DNA of 45,138 bases from Atractiella rhizophila. Taxonomy: Eukaryota. Of the stretch, positions 27,201 through 38,961 are shown piece after piece. The notes below the pieces were generated by a model. It saw only the letters and a program-made list of their open reading frames with translations. It did no database searches and was not told the DNA's origin. Positions within the stretch are counted from its first letter, which is position 1; the number at the start of each line of letters is the position of its first letter. Location: contig MU271285.1 in NCBI GenBank assembly GCA_021432655.1, forward strand, positions 62,001-107,138, in the 5' to 3' direction. The position numbers and the translations under genes were made by a program.

Positions 27201-28204
27201 GTCAGCATCCAAGCTCCGCGTCCCCTTTCAGATTACGTTTGACAGCCAAGACTGTTGCCTTGCCTTCTTGACAGCAAAACATTAGACCGTACATCCTTTA
27301 ACAGCAAGGACCCGGCATATCCTCCATCGATGAATCAACCAACATCTCCGACTTGCCGACACGACATTCTCTGGATATCGAAAGAAGGAAACAAGGGGAC
27401 GAGAATCTGACTTTCAGCACAAATTGCCACATCGCAATTTGCGTTTATCCCTTTGAATGACAAACTTGGAGACACCAAGGTATAAGCCTTCCTTCAGTAT
27501 GCGAGTACGCATGAAATGAACGACCTGAATGATGCAAGATCGCAATGATATGTCCGCTGGGACGAGACCGAGAGTTTGTGTGTGAAATGAAATTTGTTCT
27601 GCTGTGCAGCATCGGCGGCGAAGGAGAAGAGAGGACGAATTCGTTCGCACCCCCTGCCAGGCTTTCCACAACTAGACATTGGGGTTGCAAAATGTGCATT
27701 CTCGCTCTCCTTCGGGCAGAGGGGATCGCGACGTTGAGTGAGAACGAAAAGTGAAGTCTCTAGCAGTCTGAATTCCTCCGGATGTGTCCCAGCGCATCCA
27801 CATCACACACCGGGAGTGATATTTGTTCACCCAAAAATATACACACGCCAGTGACGCCAATTCACCCTAAATGCACTCCACATCCAATTAAGCAGACGTA
27901 CCTTCACAATGCTACCCAAATCCTCAACGAATCCCTGCTCCGTCTCTATCAAATCCACGAGTGGGTTCGCGGCTGGCAATCGCTTCTCCCTCTGCGCTGA
28001 AACCGATGAGGGTGGAGGCAGATTGAAGCTTCCTCCGATTGGACTGATGGGTGCTTCATTCTGTAGATTTGGTATTTCGAGAGTTTGTGGGCTTGTGTTT
28101 AGGGAGAGAGGGGAGCGAGCGGAGGAGGAGCTGGACGGCGGGGATGGGAGCGGAGGGAGAGAGCCAGATGGTGAAGGGAGCGGACGGACGTCGTAGCGCT
28201 GCAT
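24282..28204 (-). CDS. Rho guanine nucleotide exchange factor (DH-PH, Pro-rich region, C-terminal PH-like domain), resembling the Gef2-type architecture
   Basis: DH start NPLVDLIETEQGFVEDLGSIVK|KVAAA across the 736-nt intron 27901-27166. DH end LPMSRLLYYQKLYGRLLKST...DHKLL. PH-like IFILTDLFLVCE...EREEWL. C-terminal beta-rich domain CKVFFQQSFQNWKSLG...VYMLQ|MKSE. Confidence 0.85.
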
Positions 28205-30065
28205 GAATAGTTGTTCTAATGAATCTATGTGAACTGCTGAGAAAGGCGAAGGTGAAGATGTTGGTGTTGTAGTGAGTGTGAAGGTCGATGACTGGAGATG
28301 GTCGTTCTTTTCGATCCCGTGCCGCCCTCTGTTATTAGGTGAGAATATTCCACCGCAGCCAACAACATCAACGTGCACAACTTGAACTGACGATGATTTG
28401 ATTATCGCGACGATTAGAGAGGTATATATCTCTGGGTACGTGTTGTGAGTGAGTAGACTCGGAGGAAAGCTGGGCAGATCCAGAGTAGATTGGCAGTAAC
28501 TCCCAACCTTTCAATCCCATGTAGCTCCCGAATTCGCATGCAGAAGAGTTCTCTTTTGCAACGTCTTCGTAACTGAAGACAGAGACTTCCATTTGTGATG
28601 GTGATGAGGGAACAAGGAGCACTTTACAAGTTCAGTAGATGGCATGCTTCGAACTTCTGGTCATACAGCAACAATCCTCACTCCAGAGGATATATTTTCT
28701 TAATGTGCTGGATTCGGATCTCTAGAATGCTCTAAAGCTGAATGGACGCCGTGATGCACATTATAAATGGTACGAGTGCTGTCAAGTGTCATTCCCAGTC
28801 GTTCTCCTCTTTATATTGTTCGGATTCGTGATCTCACCATAGACGTGTCCATGATACGCTTCTTTACAGTCTAAGAACATCTGAAGGAGCAAATACCCGA
28901 AGACAACAGTAGCAGATTAGATGATGAACGCTTTACGGGGCCAATATTCTATCTTATCAACGCTCATTCTACTGGCGATGAGACAACGTTGCAGATTCAT
29001 AAGAAGTAAATAAGCCACCTGAGAACAATCTAACTCACTTGACAACTCGTTCGATCAAAAGAGTAAGTGAGGAAATGACGTGTGTTCTCAGCCTTGTTCC
29101 TTTGTTTCTAGAATTTGGCTAGAATGTAGCCCTGTCATTCTTCTCGCTGAATATTCAGACTAATACAATTTCTCATTCGATGTTGTTCACGATGTCGGTT
29201 GCCCTACTACTATGATCCAAAAACAGAGTGGAGGAAGGGTTAAAGGTTAAACGATAAACAGTAGATTATTTCCACAATGTAATACGCCAAGAATGTTCGC
29301 CTTATAGATATTCACCAGAGTTTACCATCACGCACTCGTCCCAGGTGAGAATGAATGCCATGGGAGTGGCTGCACATACTGAGTACATTTGTGGCATTCA
29401 CTGATGTGGCATTCATGCTGAGTAATGTCTATGTAAAAGGAACGAAGTTTTCGAATGCACTCGTTTCCAGCGAATACTCTCCTCGTGAAGATATTTCAGT
29501 ATCTGCGTCGACTTCTTTCTACTGGACCCGAGATTGCGAGCAATAGCAATTTATGTAGTGGTCGTCGTTCAAACCTTTCCTATACATACCGTCCTGTATT
29601 TCTGAGATATGGCCCTCAAACTTGGGTGAAATTTACTGCAACAGGAAAAATTATGCGCCAATGTTCCCATGCAACGCGTTCGAGCAGAGCTTACTCATAA
29701 TAAAACCAGTGGCATTGTATTAATGCTTCGATACATGGCTACGAACCCAAGGAATGGGAAGTGATGCTACAACGATTCTTGAATCGGACTTGATCTCTTG
29801 AAAAAAAAAACAGGAAACATTGTAAGCAGAGAACAAAAACAAGGGCTGAAAGCGAGAAGTATTAATATTTTAGACATGAATAAATCATGCAATGGATGAT
29901 TTAATGGCTGATGACAATCCGGAAGCGTGACGTGAGTGAACCAAAAGCATCGCTACCACTGGAATGGAAACTAAAAAACAAAAGTCTGAAAACTGTCAGG
30001 ACAACAATTTGAACAAAGAAAGATATGAGATTGACAAATGAATTCAGCTGAAATCCAAGCAACCT

Positions 30066-33000
30066 TTAATCGAGTTCCATATCCGCATCCATGTCAGTCG
30101 GCGGTACTTCATTCGATTCGTTTTCAAGATTCTCCATCCACTTTTGCAAATGTAAACCCGTCCTCTCCATCGGGAGAAGCTCCAACAATTCCTCCATCAA
30201 TCCATCTGGTTCGCGACAAATCGCTCCTCGAACCTCACTGGCATCTCGAAGTTCGCTGAGCGTGGATATGATGGGGTGCTGTAATAGCTCGTCGGCAGAA
30301 GTCCTGTCTTCGGGAAGGAAAGCAAGGAGCTGGGTAAGAAAGGCATAGAGTTGCGGTGAGAGGAAATGAAATTCGACTTCCTCGAGATTGGCTCGACGAA
30401 GTTTCTGCCATGAAGTCCCATTTTGAGGTAGAACAAGATTTGTAGCGGCTTCCAGTAACAAAATTCCAAGACTATAGATAGCTATTAGCAAAGTCGACCT
30501 CGCGAGTAATCAGCTGACATACCTGAATAAGTCTGCCTCCTTGCCATAGCGCTGACCAAGGATCTCAGGAGCGAGATAATCACGATCACCCTCTCGATCA
30601 AAGTCGCCCGACAGAAACGTGCTTGTTCCAAGTGTCTTTCGACGACTCTTAAACTTGTTGTCTGACATCTTAAGAGCAACCCCGAAGTCCCCAATTTTGA
30701 GTCCACCGGATTCAACCACAAAAAGATTGCCTGGTTTGATGTCGAGATGGATGATGCCGAGACTGTGGATATGGCTCAGTCCCGCGAGAACTTCAGTGGC
30801 AATCTTCCAAACCCGAATTTCGTCGAGGTGTGGGTACAACTGTCCGTATTCCTCCAAGAAGAAATCCAACGTGCCGCATCTGCAGAGTTCTGTCTGAATA
30901 AACAGTTGGTTGTCTTGTTCCCAAGCATCCTGAAATTGGAGGATGTTAGGGTGACTCGTCAGCGAAGCCTCCTGCAACAGAGCAGCCTCTTCGAGTAGTC
31001 GCAACCTGATAAAGCTTCAGTAAAATTGCAAGCAGTAGGCATGTATGAATCATACCTCGCCCTTGGACCAGTAAGAATGCGATCAATTTTCTTAATGGCG
31101 CAAAGCACGCCGCTGTCACGACGTACTACCTCGAACGCTTCGCTGAACTCCCCTCTGCCTAGGCTCCGCCTGACAATGAAATCGGTTTCGAATTTGTCTT
31201 GTGCTGCGAGGCGATTCGCTTTATAGGCTTCCAGCACAGATCCTGAAAACCGTGATTTGAAAGGAGGACGCGATATGTTAGGAATCGACTCTTCGTTTTT
31301 GGTGACTGGGTAGGATTGGCGCGATTCAGGGACATGGAGAGGAAGTCTGTGCAGCAAGCCAGGTGTCCTGGGTGGCTTTCCAGTAGGCGACATGTTGTGT
31401 GGCATTGGAAGTGATGTAAACTGAATCGCAGGTGGTGTGACATTGACAACTATGGAAGAAGTTAGACGGCAATAACATATAAGATAAGAATACTTACCAA
31501 GATCAGGAGAACCCGGCCCAGTAGGCGTTAGCGTTCCTCTGAACAGTAGTCGATGACCTTTAGCTATGGGACTGCCATGTCGACTGTCCCCGCTGCCACT
31601 TCCATTGTCCCCACCGACAACATTGAAAGGACCACTCGAGTGTCTACGAAAGACTCGTCGTTTTGGGCGTAACATCCCCTTCTGCTGTTCCACCTTCTCG
31701 ACCTCCTCCAGCATATTTGTCGCCCCATTCTGACCTGCCATTCCGCCGCGGAGTGTCTCGATCGTTGGCGAATCAGGGAGTCCAGGAGAATACGAAGAAT
31801 CAGAACCTGGTGAACAATCGTTCCCCAACAGGACTCCACCCCATGAAGCCCGAGCCTTTTTCCCAACATTCGGCTTCTTCATGGGGGTCAACGGGGCCTT
31901 CTTCTCGTAATGTTCGGCTTCCTTCGCAGCCTGATCGACAATATGTTGAATGTCCTCCTTCCTCACTCCCAAAGCATCTCGAACGACGCTTGACTCGTAT
32001 AAGTTGAAGGGGACGAGAAGTGGGTTCGTGCGACGAGGTCGAAATTTCTTGTTGAGCAAGCCGGTGGACAAAGCAGCACCTCTCACGCTCTTTTTGACGG
32101 CAACATCGCCATTACGAGGAGTCCTCTGAGTCTTCTCATCAGAATCTCGAACAATGAGATGTTCGTCATCTTCAGCTTTTTTCTTCGTACCATCCACGAT
32201 GACCTCCTCATCGTCCAACGAGCCCAACGTTTCCGACGAACTAGCAGAACCGATAAAACGCTTGCGCTCATCTTCTGTCGAGGCCGAACTGCTTGCTGTC
32301 GTCCCGTCTGTCAAATCTGGTTTATCGACTTCCATGGGGACTCTAGCAATCGGTCTTCCACCAAAAACGTCGTCCACTTCATCTTCAACCTTCTGTTCCA
32401 CAGCTGGGGAGGAAGAGGCAGAGAATGATCCCACAATAGGGCTGACTGCAGCGAGTCGGCTGCCGACGTAATTTTTCTTCCTCGGTGCGCCAAACTCAAA
32501 CTCAGTGCGATCCGAATCGAGATTAGAGGTGTCGAACTTGAAAAGAGGCGGCGGAAGAGCTGAAGAGGACTTATACTGTCTTGGTCCTTTGATGGTTACA
32601 GGTTCGAAAGATATATCGGCTACCGCATCGCCAAAGCCCACTCCGAAGAGACCGCCGCCTCCATTCGAAGCTTGGAACGGATCGCTTCTCCTTTGTCCTA
32701 CCACCTTCTTCACAGGGTCATCAAATAATGCGCCGCCGCGAGGTTTGCGGATGGTATTCTCCCCTAGCTTCTCAATCTTTTCGGCAGCTTTGGAGACCAC
32801 ACCTTCGTCGACGGAGATCTGGCGACTTCGAAGGTTATAGCCAGTAAAATTGATGTTTCCAGAGTTTGAAGATTTCGGGGCTGTCGACGTTCTGGTTCGT
32901 GACTTGTGTACCGGAGACCCAGTCGATTTTCTTCCCCTTTTGCCTTCCACAGGCTTGGAGCGAGGGGAAACATTAGGATTGGAGAGGATGTGACTGTGGG

Positions 33001-33886
33001 TGGTGGGCTGTGGTAGACTATCACGAGGGTTTGGCAAGTTGACTGTGAAAGGGGTTGGCGAGAGAGGAGGATCACTATCGGATCCAGAGGTCAACTTTCC
33101 GCTCGGCAGCCGCACCCTCAAATGGTCCTTCAGTTTCTCCTTCTCGCTCGATGAAGAAAGAATTCTCGAATGCGTCCTTTTCGATCCCCTTCGAACTGCG
33201 CCTCCACTCTCCGACTCTCGAGGCAACAACCGTTCTCCCCCTGCAAGGGTCACATTCCTCCTGAGCCCGGCTGACCCTGAATTGTTGAATAAACTACCTC
33301 TTCCTCCCACTAAACCGCCAAAAACCGCCTTTTCCTCCTCTCTCTCCGCCTTGGCAGAACCATCTAGCTCCCCCACAGTATCACTCTCCGAGATATCCTC
33401 CATTCTCGTCCTCAAACTAGTCAGATCGAAATTGAATCCCTCAGGGGGGTCTTTGGAAAGAGGTGTAGTGCCTCCTGCTCGTTCCTGTCCATAAGGATGC
33501 TTTCGCTTCGCTTTCCCTGTCGTAGCCGCTTGTGCTTGGCGATGTAATTTCGGGGTGAAGGTTGCATGCGGCTTGGAGAGGAGAGCGCTGTCGACGTGAA
33601 GCTGTGATGCCGACGATGGCGCTTGGAGCAGGGGAAGCGTGGCGTGCACGGGTGAAGAGTGCCGAGTCCGCTGAGTGTTTGGATGAGCCTGGTACTGAAT
33701 TTGAGGTAGAGGGAGGTTGAGGGCTCCAGAATGGGAGTGAGAGTGCATGTGAGAGGTAGGGTGATGAGTCTTCCGGATCTTGAGAGGAGATCCGAGAGGA
33801 GAGGCAGATGGTGGGCGATGAGACGGTGTTGGTGATGTTGGTGAGATCGACATATTGCCTAACAGCAAGGAAAGGATGTCAGCCAT
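30066..33886 (-). CDS. WEE1: Wee1-family CDK-inhibitory kinase
   Basis: Long S/P-rich N-terminus. Kinase motifs LGRGEFSEA, AIKK, RLLEE, WEQDNQLFIQTELC, IHLDIKPGN and KIGDFG, with the Wee1-typical EGDRDYLAPE and LPQNGTSWQKLR. Introns at 31497-31450, about 31055 and about 30521. Confidence 0.95.
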
Positions 33887-34180
33887 GGTAATGATGGTAA
33901 GAACTGAAAGGAAGGGTTGAGAACTTGGATCAAGAAACAAAGAACCAAGGCTGGACAACATGCGTGTCTGTACGACCCATCCGATGCGAATGCATGTGGA
34001 AAGTCATCAAGCAGATGATGTCTGAACAACCCATCTGATCCGAAGTCATCGAAGACAGAAAAATAACACCAAGCCCCTCACAACACAACACGTAGAAAAA
34101 CTCACCAAATAATAATGATAAAGCACACAAAAATCAGTTTTCGTTACTTCTGGGTTGTTCCTTGATGCACTGAGTATTCT

Positions 34181-34351
34181 TGCGCGTGAACTTATATGTT
34201 GTTGTTGTGAGTGGGTCGCGGAGTTGGTCGTTGTGGCAAGGGCAAGGGGAAGGGCAAAGGAAGGCGACGCGTCGGAAAATAACAATGTTAAGGTTCCGAA
34301 ATACCACCCGCAGCTATGACGCATGTGACTCCGCTATCAGCCTCCACGTGA
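34181..34351. promoter_or_regulatory. Putative MCB/CGCG-type cell-cycle elements upstream of WEE1
   Basis: ACGCGT within the 10-bp palindrome CGACGCGTCG (34265-34274), further CGCG cores near 34183 and 34217, and CACGTG near 34345, all 300-460 bp upstream of the WEE1 ATG. Confidence 0.4.
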
Positions 34352-34989
34352 CTTTAATGACTTTAATGATCATTATGGGGAGCTTACTTTCATTTATTAA
34401 GAACGTGTAAGTGTAAAGAACGTTGTTACAATTCCACCTATGGCTTCAAATGTCCATGATGCCAAACTCAAATAATACTTACTCAAAAAGCGAGAAGGCT
34501 CGATTTGGACATATCAGAAAGGTCCTTCCTGACGAAACATAAAGGAGAGTCAGTATTGGAACGAAAAAAAAGGAGAGAGGATCAGTGGGCTGGGTGGAAT
34601 CGTGGATGAGAAATTTTAAGGGAAGGAGGAAGAACAAATTGGAAGTTGAATCAGCGTTGAGGCTTCGACGTTGAAGGGTATATATGATCTTGACAAACTC
34701 AACTTTTAAACCAACACCCAAGTACTGACTAATATCAAAACAGACCCGACAAGCAGAACCACTGGCACTTATACCAAACAAGCCTTGGACGAACCAACAA
34801 TAGAGAATAATTTGAACGCGTCATTTTGATGGATGAGTGGAGGTAGGAGGTGAGACTGAACCTCTCCGAAACGGACAGAGGACAAGACCGATGGGACGAG
34901 AATTTCGAAGACGCCTTTGTTCTATTTGAAACCCGAAGCCCTAACAATCTGCAAACTGAACGACAGGGTAACTTGCTCCAAGTGGCCAA

Positions 34990-37168
34990 TCATTGTTGAC
35001 CAGCGAGCTCTTCTTGTTTCTCCCATCCCAAACTTGACATTTTACCATCCCACACCTTCGCCTCCTGAATACTAGGGAGAGCAGGCGTCGAATTCCTCCT
35101 CCCAAACTGGTCAACCTTGTTGTAGTAGTAGCTTCCCAATCCATTCGGATCCGTATTCAGGTAAGTGGGCGGAGGAGCGAGCGAGGTTTGTGGGTCGGGG
35201 TAAGTGGGAGGGAGGGAGGCTAAGTAGGACTGGACGGTATAACTCGGATAACCAGTAGTAGCGGCGGTGGTGGATGGGAGGTAGGTATCATTTGAGGAGG
35301 GAGCGTACATATAAGTTGAGGGTATCGAAGTCTGTTGCTGTTGGTAAGTCCAATCTGACTGTTGTCCATTCGCTGGCACAGCATCCGTCTTGGCTGGGTT
35401 GCCGAAACCCATCTGTCCAAAATCCGCCATGAACTCAGCCGGACAACTGCTCCTCCTCGATGGATCGAATCCTGGTGGATACATCGTCCCGTTCGCAGGA
35501 TTCAACGTCGCAGCATGTCCATATCCTCCGCTCGAGACACTGGACGCGTCGCTCGGATAATTAAACGTGTTCGCCATCGCCGCAACGTCGTCGTCAGTTC
35601 CCTCCAGCCTGAAGGAGGTGAAACTGCCCATGCTCGGCTCTCCCATCAACGACGAAGAGGAGGTATTGGCAAAGGTATGATCAGGCGAGGAGTAGGCGCC
35701 AGTCGAAGGCCGAGAGATGGTTGAAGGCGTCCCAGGCGACGCATCGGCTGTATGGGTCGTTTGAGCGGTCTGAGGAGGACCGGGGAACGCGAAGGTGGCG
35801 AGTTCTTCAGGTTGTCTGGCATGTGCTCGCTCCACCGAGTCGTACATTTGCTGAAACGACGTTTGGGAGGGATACACCGACATGTTCGAACCTTGAGGAA
35901 ATTGGGCAACGTTTGACGCGGTATAGGGAGACGAGGTCCAAGCATGATTTTCGGGGAGGGAGTAGCGTCGATCGGGGAGCTGGCCTGGAGGTAGTAGGTA
36001 GGAAGAAGTGACGCCTTCAAAAAGAGTGGATTTTGGTTTTGCGAGAGGAGGAGCAGCGGTATGGTCCGAGGGGGTGGAAGGAAGGACGGTAGGACAACTT
36101 CCACGACGATCTGTTGGGGTGCCAGCAAGTGATGTGCCTCCTGGAGAGGAGGAGGTGGCAGGAGGGGTATTTTCGTTCGGCGACACCTCTCCAGACATGT
36201 TTCCCGAGAGAGATGTCGAAACGGACGCCGGAGAGGATTTGATCAGAGGTGTTGTCAGGACAATCGGAGAGGTTGACGCCTTCTTGTGGAGTTTCTCCGA
36301 TGGTTTTTTGCCTTCTAATTTCTCGCGATCGAGCTTCTTTTGTTTCGCCCGTCGATTTTGGAACTACAACCCACATCGATCCTCAATTACTTTCGGATAT
36401 AGAAATAGACGCACCCAGACTTGTACTTCCCGTGGTGTCATTTCAAGTTGATCGGCCAGACTCTTCCTTAACACAGGATCTGGTTTTGGTTCGACATCAA
36501 ACTGTTTCTCCAAAACCTTCAGCTGCGTCTGTGACGTCCTCCGACGGTGCTTGATCCTTCATCTCACTAATCAGCGTAGCTTGGGAAGAACACGGAGGGA
36601 CTGACTGAAAGGGGTCGTAAAACGGAACATGTCCTTTCGAGGGATAAGCTCCTTGAAAAGGAACCAAAGGACGGATGGCATATCCGCCGACCGTTGACCC
36701 AACGGTAGAAGCAGGAACAAGGCTGTACGTCGCACCGACGGGATAGGAGTACACGAGTTGAGAATTGGCGTGGGAGGAAATGGAAGGGAGGCTCTGATGT
36801 CTTGATATCGACTGCACTGGCGCTCCATTGGTCATCACGTTGAGGCCAAGAGAACTGTGGTCAGATTGAGGGACGTTGGTAAGGCCCGCAACGCTAGCTC
36901 CAGCCGTTGCCGTGTACTGGGGATATGAATAGGTATGACCGACCGAAGGGAGGTAGGCAGCGTTCGTGGGAGGAACGGCGGCGGAGGAAGATGCGTAGAT
37001 TTGTGATCCTGGATGAAGGGAGGCTACAATGCTTGGCCCCTGTGACTGGGAATGAGGTGGGAGCGCCAGTCCCGCGTTCATATCATTCGACGCGTTGCTG
37101 GGGGATGCCGTCGGGTCGATAGGGAGAGCAGCTGCTGATACAGCGTTTTGAGAAACCGCGGTGGCCAT
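34990..37168 (-). CDS. Homeodomain transcription factor (non-mating-type, Hom2-like)
   Basis: Spliced homeodomain YDPFQ|IKHRRRTSQTQLKVLEKQF...LRKSLADQLEMTPREVQVW|FQNRRAKQKK, with two introns of about 50 nt. S/T/P-rich C-terminus with four RRxS motifs. Probable 5'UTR intron at about 37295-37245. Confidence 0.92.
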
Positions 37169-38769
37169 TTCCTCTATCGCGTCAAAGAGAGACAGCAGGG
37201 TTGGATTGTCGAGAGGGTTATAAGCTGTCGAATAGTACAGAGAACTGACGTTGAACACATCACCTTCTCAACGTGAAAGATTGGGGGGAGCGCACCTTAT
37301 CCCTGCTTCTTTGGTTTCACAATCGCTTTTCAACCAGTTCGTGGGCACGTTGAAAGCCCCAAAACGATCCCCCGCTTTTTGCTATCCAGGAAGTGAAAGA
37401 AGGTGCACGACTCTGCTGCGATGCGTCGTTACGTCGAAGGGGGACAATTGATTCCAGTGCTGAGAAAGAGCGCAGAGTTATAAGAGTTATAAGAGGAACG
37501 GATGAGAACACAAGGGGAACGTCGTGCAGCCTTTGTTCCCATTCAGCTGCTCGTGGCGCTGGACGTTCTGAGGAGCTCGAAGCCTCTTTTTGAGGCGTTT
37601 CCCCGGCACCGAAGCACAAAAACCCAATCTGATCGAGCAGCGTCTTCCGCTTCGTGGGAACCTTCTTCGGAGCATCTTTCAGCTGTCCATTATTACTCAA
37701 GGAGCTGCAGGCGATCTCACTGATCTCAGGCTTTGCACTTCTTCAGCTCGATTGACAGCGCTTTGGCGAGGGTTCGTATTCGTGAGATGCCGTAATTAGG
37801 CAGCGACCTCACTGGTCGATCCCAAACTGGGGAAGCGGCCTCTTTGTTCTCTCAGATCTGGACTAACGGAACCTGGCGTGACAAAGAAATCACCATCTCC
37901 ACTCCTTCGTCTTGCTTTGCTATCCCGCGAAATCATGCAAATCATGCCCACTTGACGTACTCGCCTGACAGGCATCGATGCTCTTGTTGCAAGAACGATG
38001 GCGGTCTAGCGCTAAAAGGAGATTTGATTTCTTCCCTTCGATCGAGGGTGAGTTTGTTGGAGTTGACGCGGCCACAAGGGCTTGGAGCAGAAGCTGAGCC
38101 GTGCACAAGGTGTTAGGTTGATGGGGAGAGCGATTTTTGTGCGGAAGACTGTAAATCCACTAGTGCGAGGACACAGTTTGCGTATTCCAGAGATACAGGC
38201 TGTTCGTGACCTCAAACTCTTTGATCGAGAGGTCCTGAAAATCCACACTGAGCGACTTAGGAACGGAAATTAGGTATCTGAGTTGCATCAGCCCTGAACT
38301 GTTTTGGCATCTTTGCAACCCCAACAGTGGAATGACCTGGGAAAAGGAGCGAGCAAGGAGCGGAGAAGTCTCGAGTCTCGACCGTTGGTGTTCCCGTCTT
38401 CTGTGACCGTACCTAATGAAATGAGATCGGTCTGGGCGAAAGTCTCCTAGTTAAGAGCTGAGCATGAGCTTGTCGCAGCTTGTGGAGAGAGGGACTGGTG
38501 TGGAGCGCGTCTGCAGTAATGAAAGCGCTTTTTCCTGATCCAACGGGAGCAGCGTCCGAGGGGAGTCTGTGAAAAGGGATTATGCATTGAAGAAAGTGTG
38601 GTCTCCTGCGTCCGCACTCCGCCACAATGGAATATTATGGGAAGCGCAAGCAGCTGAATGGGAGTCACGCCTTAGGTCTTAGGTCTCTAGGCCGCGACTC
38701 AGACTAGAAATCGGGGGTTGCGGGCGAGAAGAATCTTTTATGATGATCCAGTTTCACACAACATTCCTC

Positions 38770-38961
38770 ATGTCTGGACTGGCCGCCGGAGAAGGATACA
38801 ATCATCAACGTCCCTTTGCGAAGAGTCGAAAGAAAATGGTTCATAACTCTGCCGAAATTCGTAAGTGAGAATCCGCTGTTAAATAGCGCTGAATAACTAC
38901 CTATCTGAGTTCAGCTCAGAAGTGGAAACCATTGAACAACCGGGCATGGAGAAGGAGATAA
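38770..38961 (+). other. Candidate unannotated spliced small ORF (45 aa) or spliced lncRNA
   Basis: ATG 38770, canonical GTAAGT donor at 38861, typical-size intron to CAG at 38914 (alternative 38919), stop TAA 38959-38961. No homology recognised. Confidence 0.25.

Noticed and set aside
27166..27901. Telomerase RNA, RNase P/MRP, SRP RNA or snRNA in the long RhoGEF intron
   Set aside because: Only a single CCCTAA with no 1.5-repeat template, and no diagnostic conserved regions. The U6-like ACAGAGAGAAG stretch is just the reverse complement of the intron 3' end.
28921..29022. C/D snoRNA candidate (ATGATGA...CTGA)
   Set aside because: No terminal stem or recognisable rRNA-complementary guide, and these boxes are frequent by chance.
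38672..38692. TTAGGTC tandem as an interstitial telomere
   Set aside because: Only 2-3 degenerate units and not TTAGGG.
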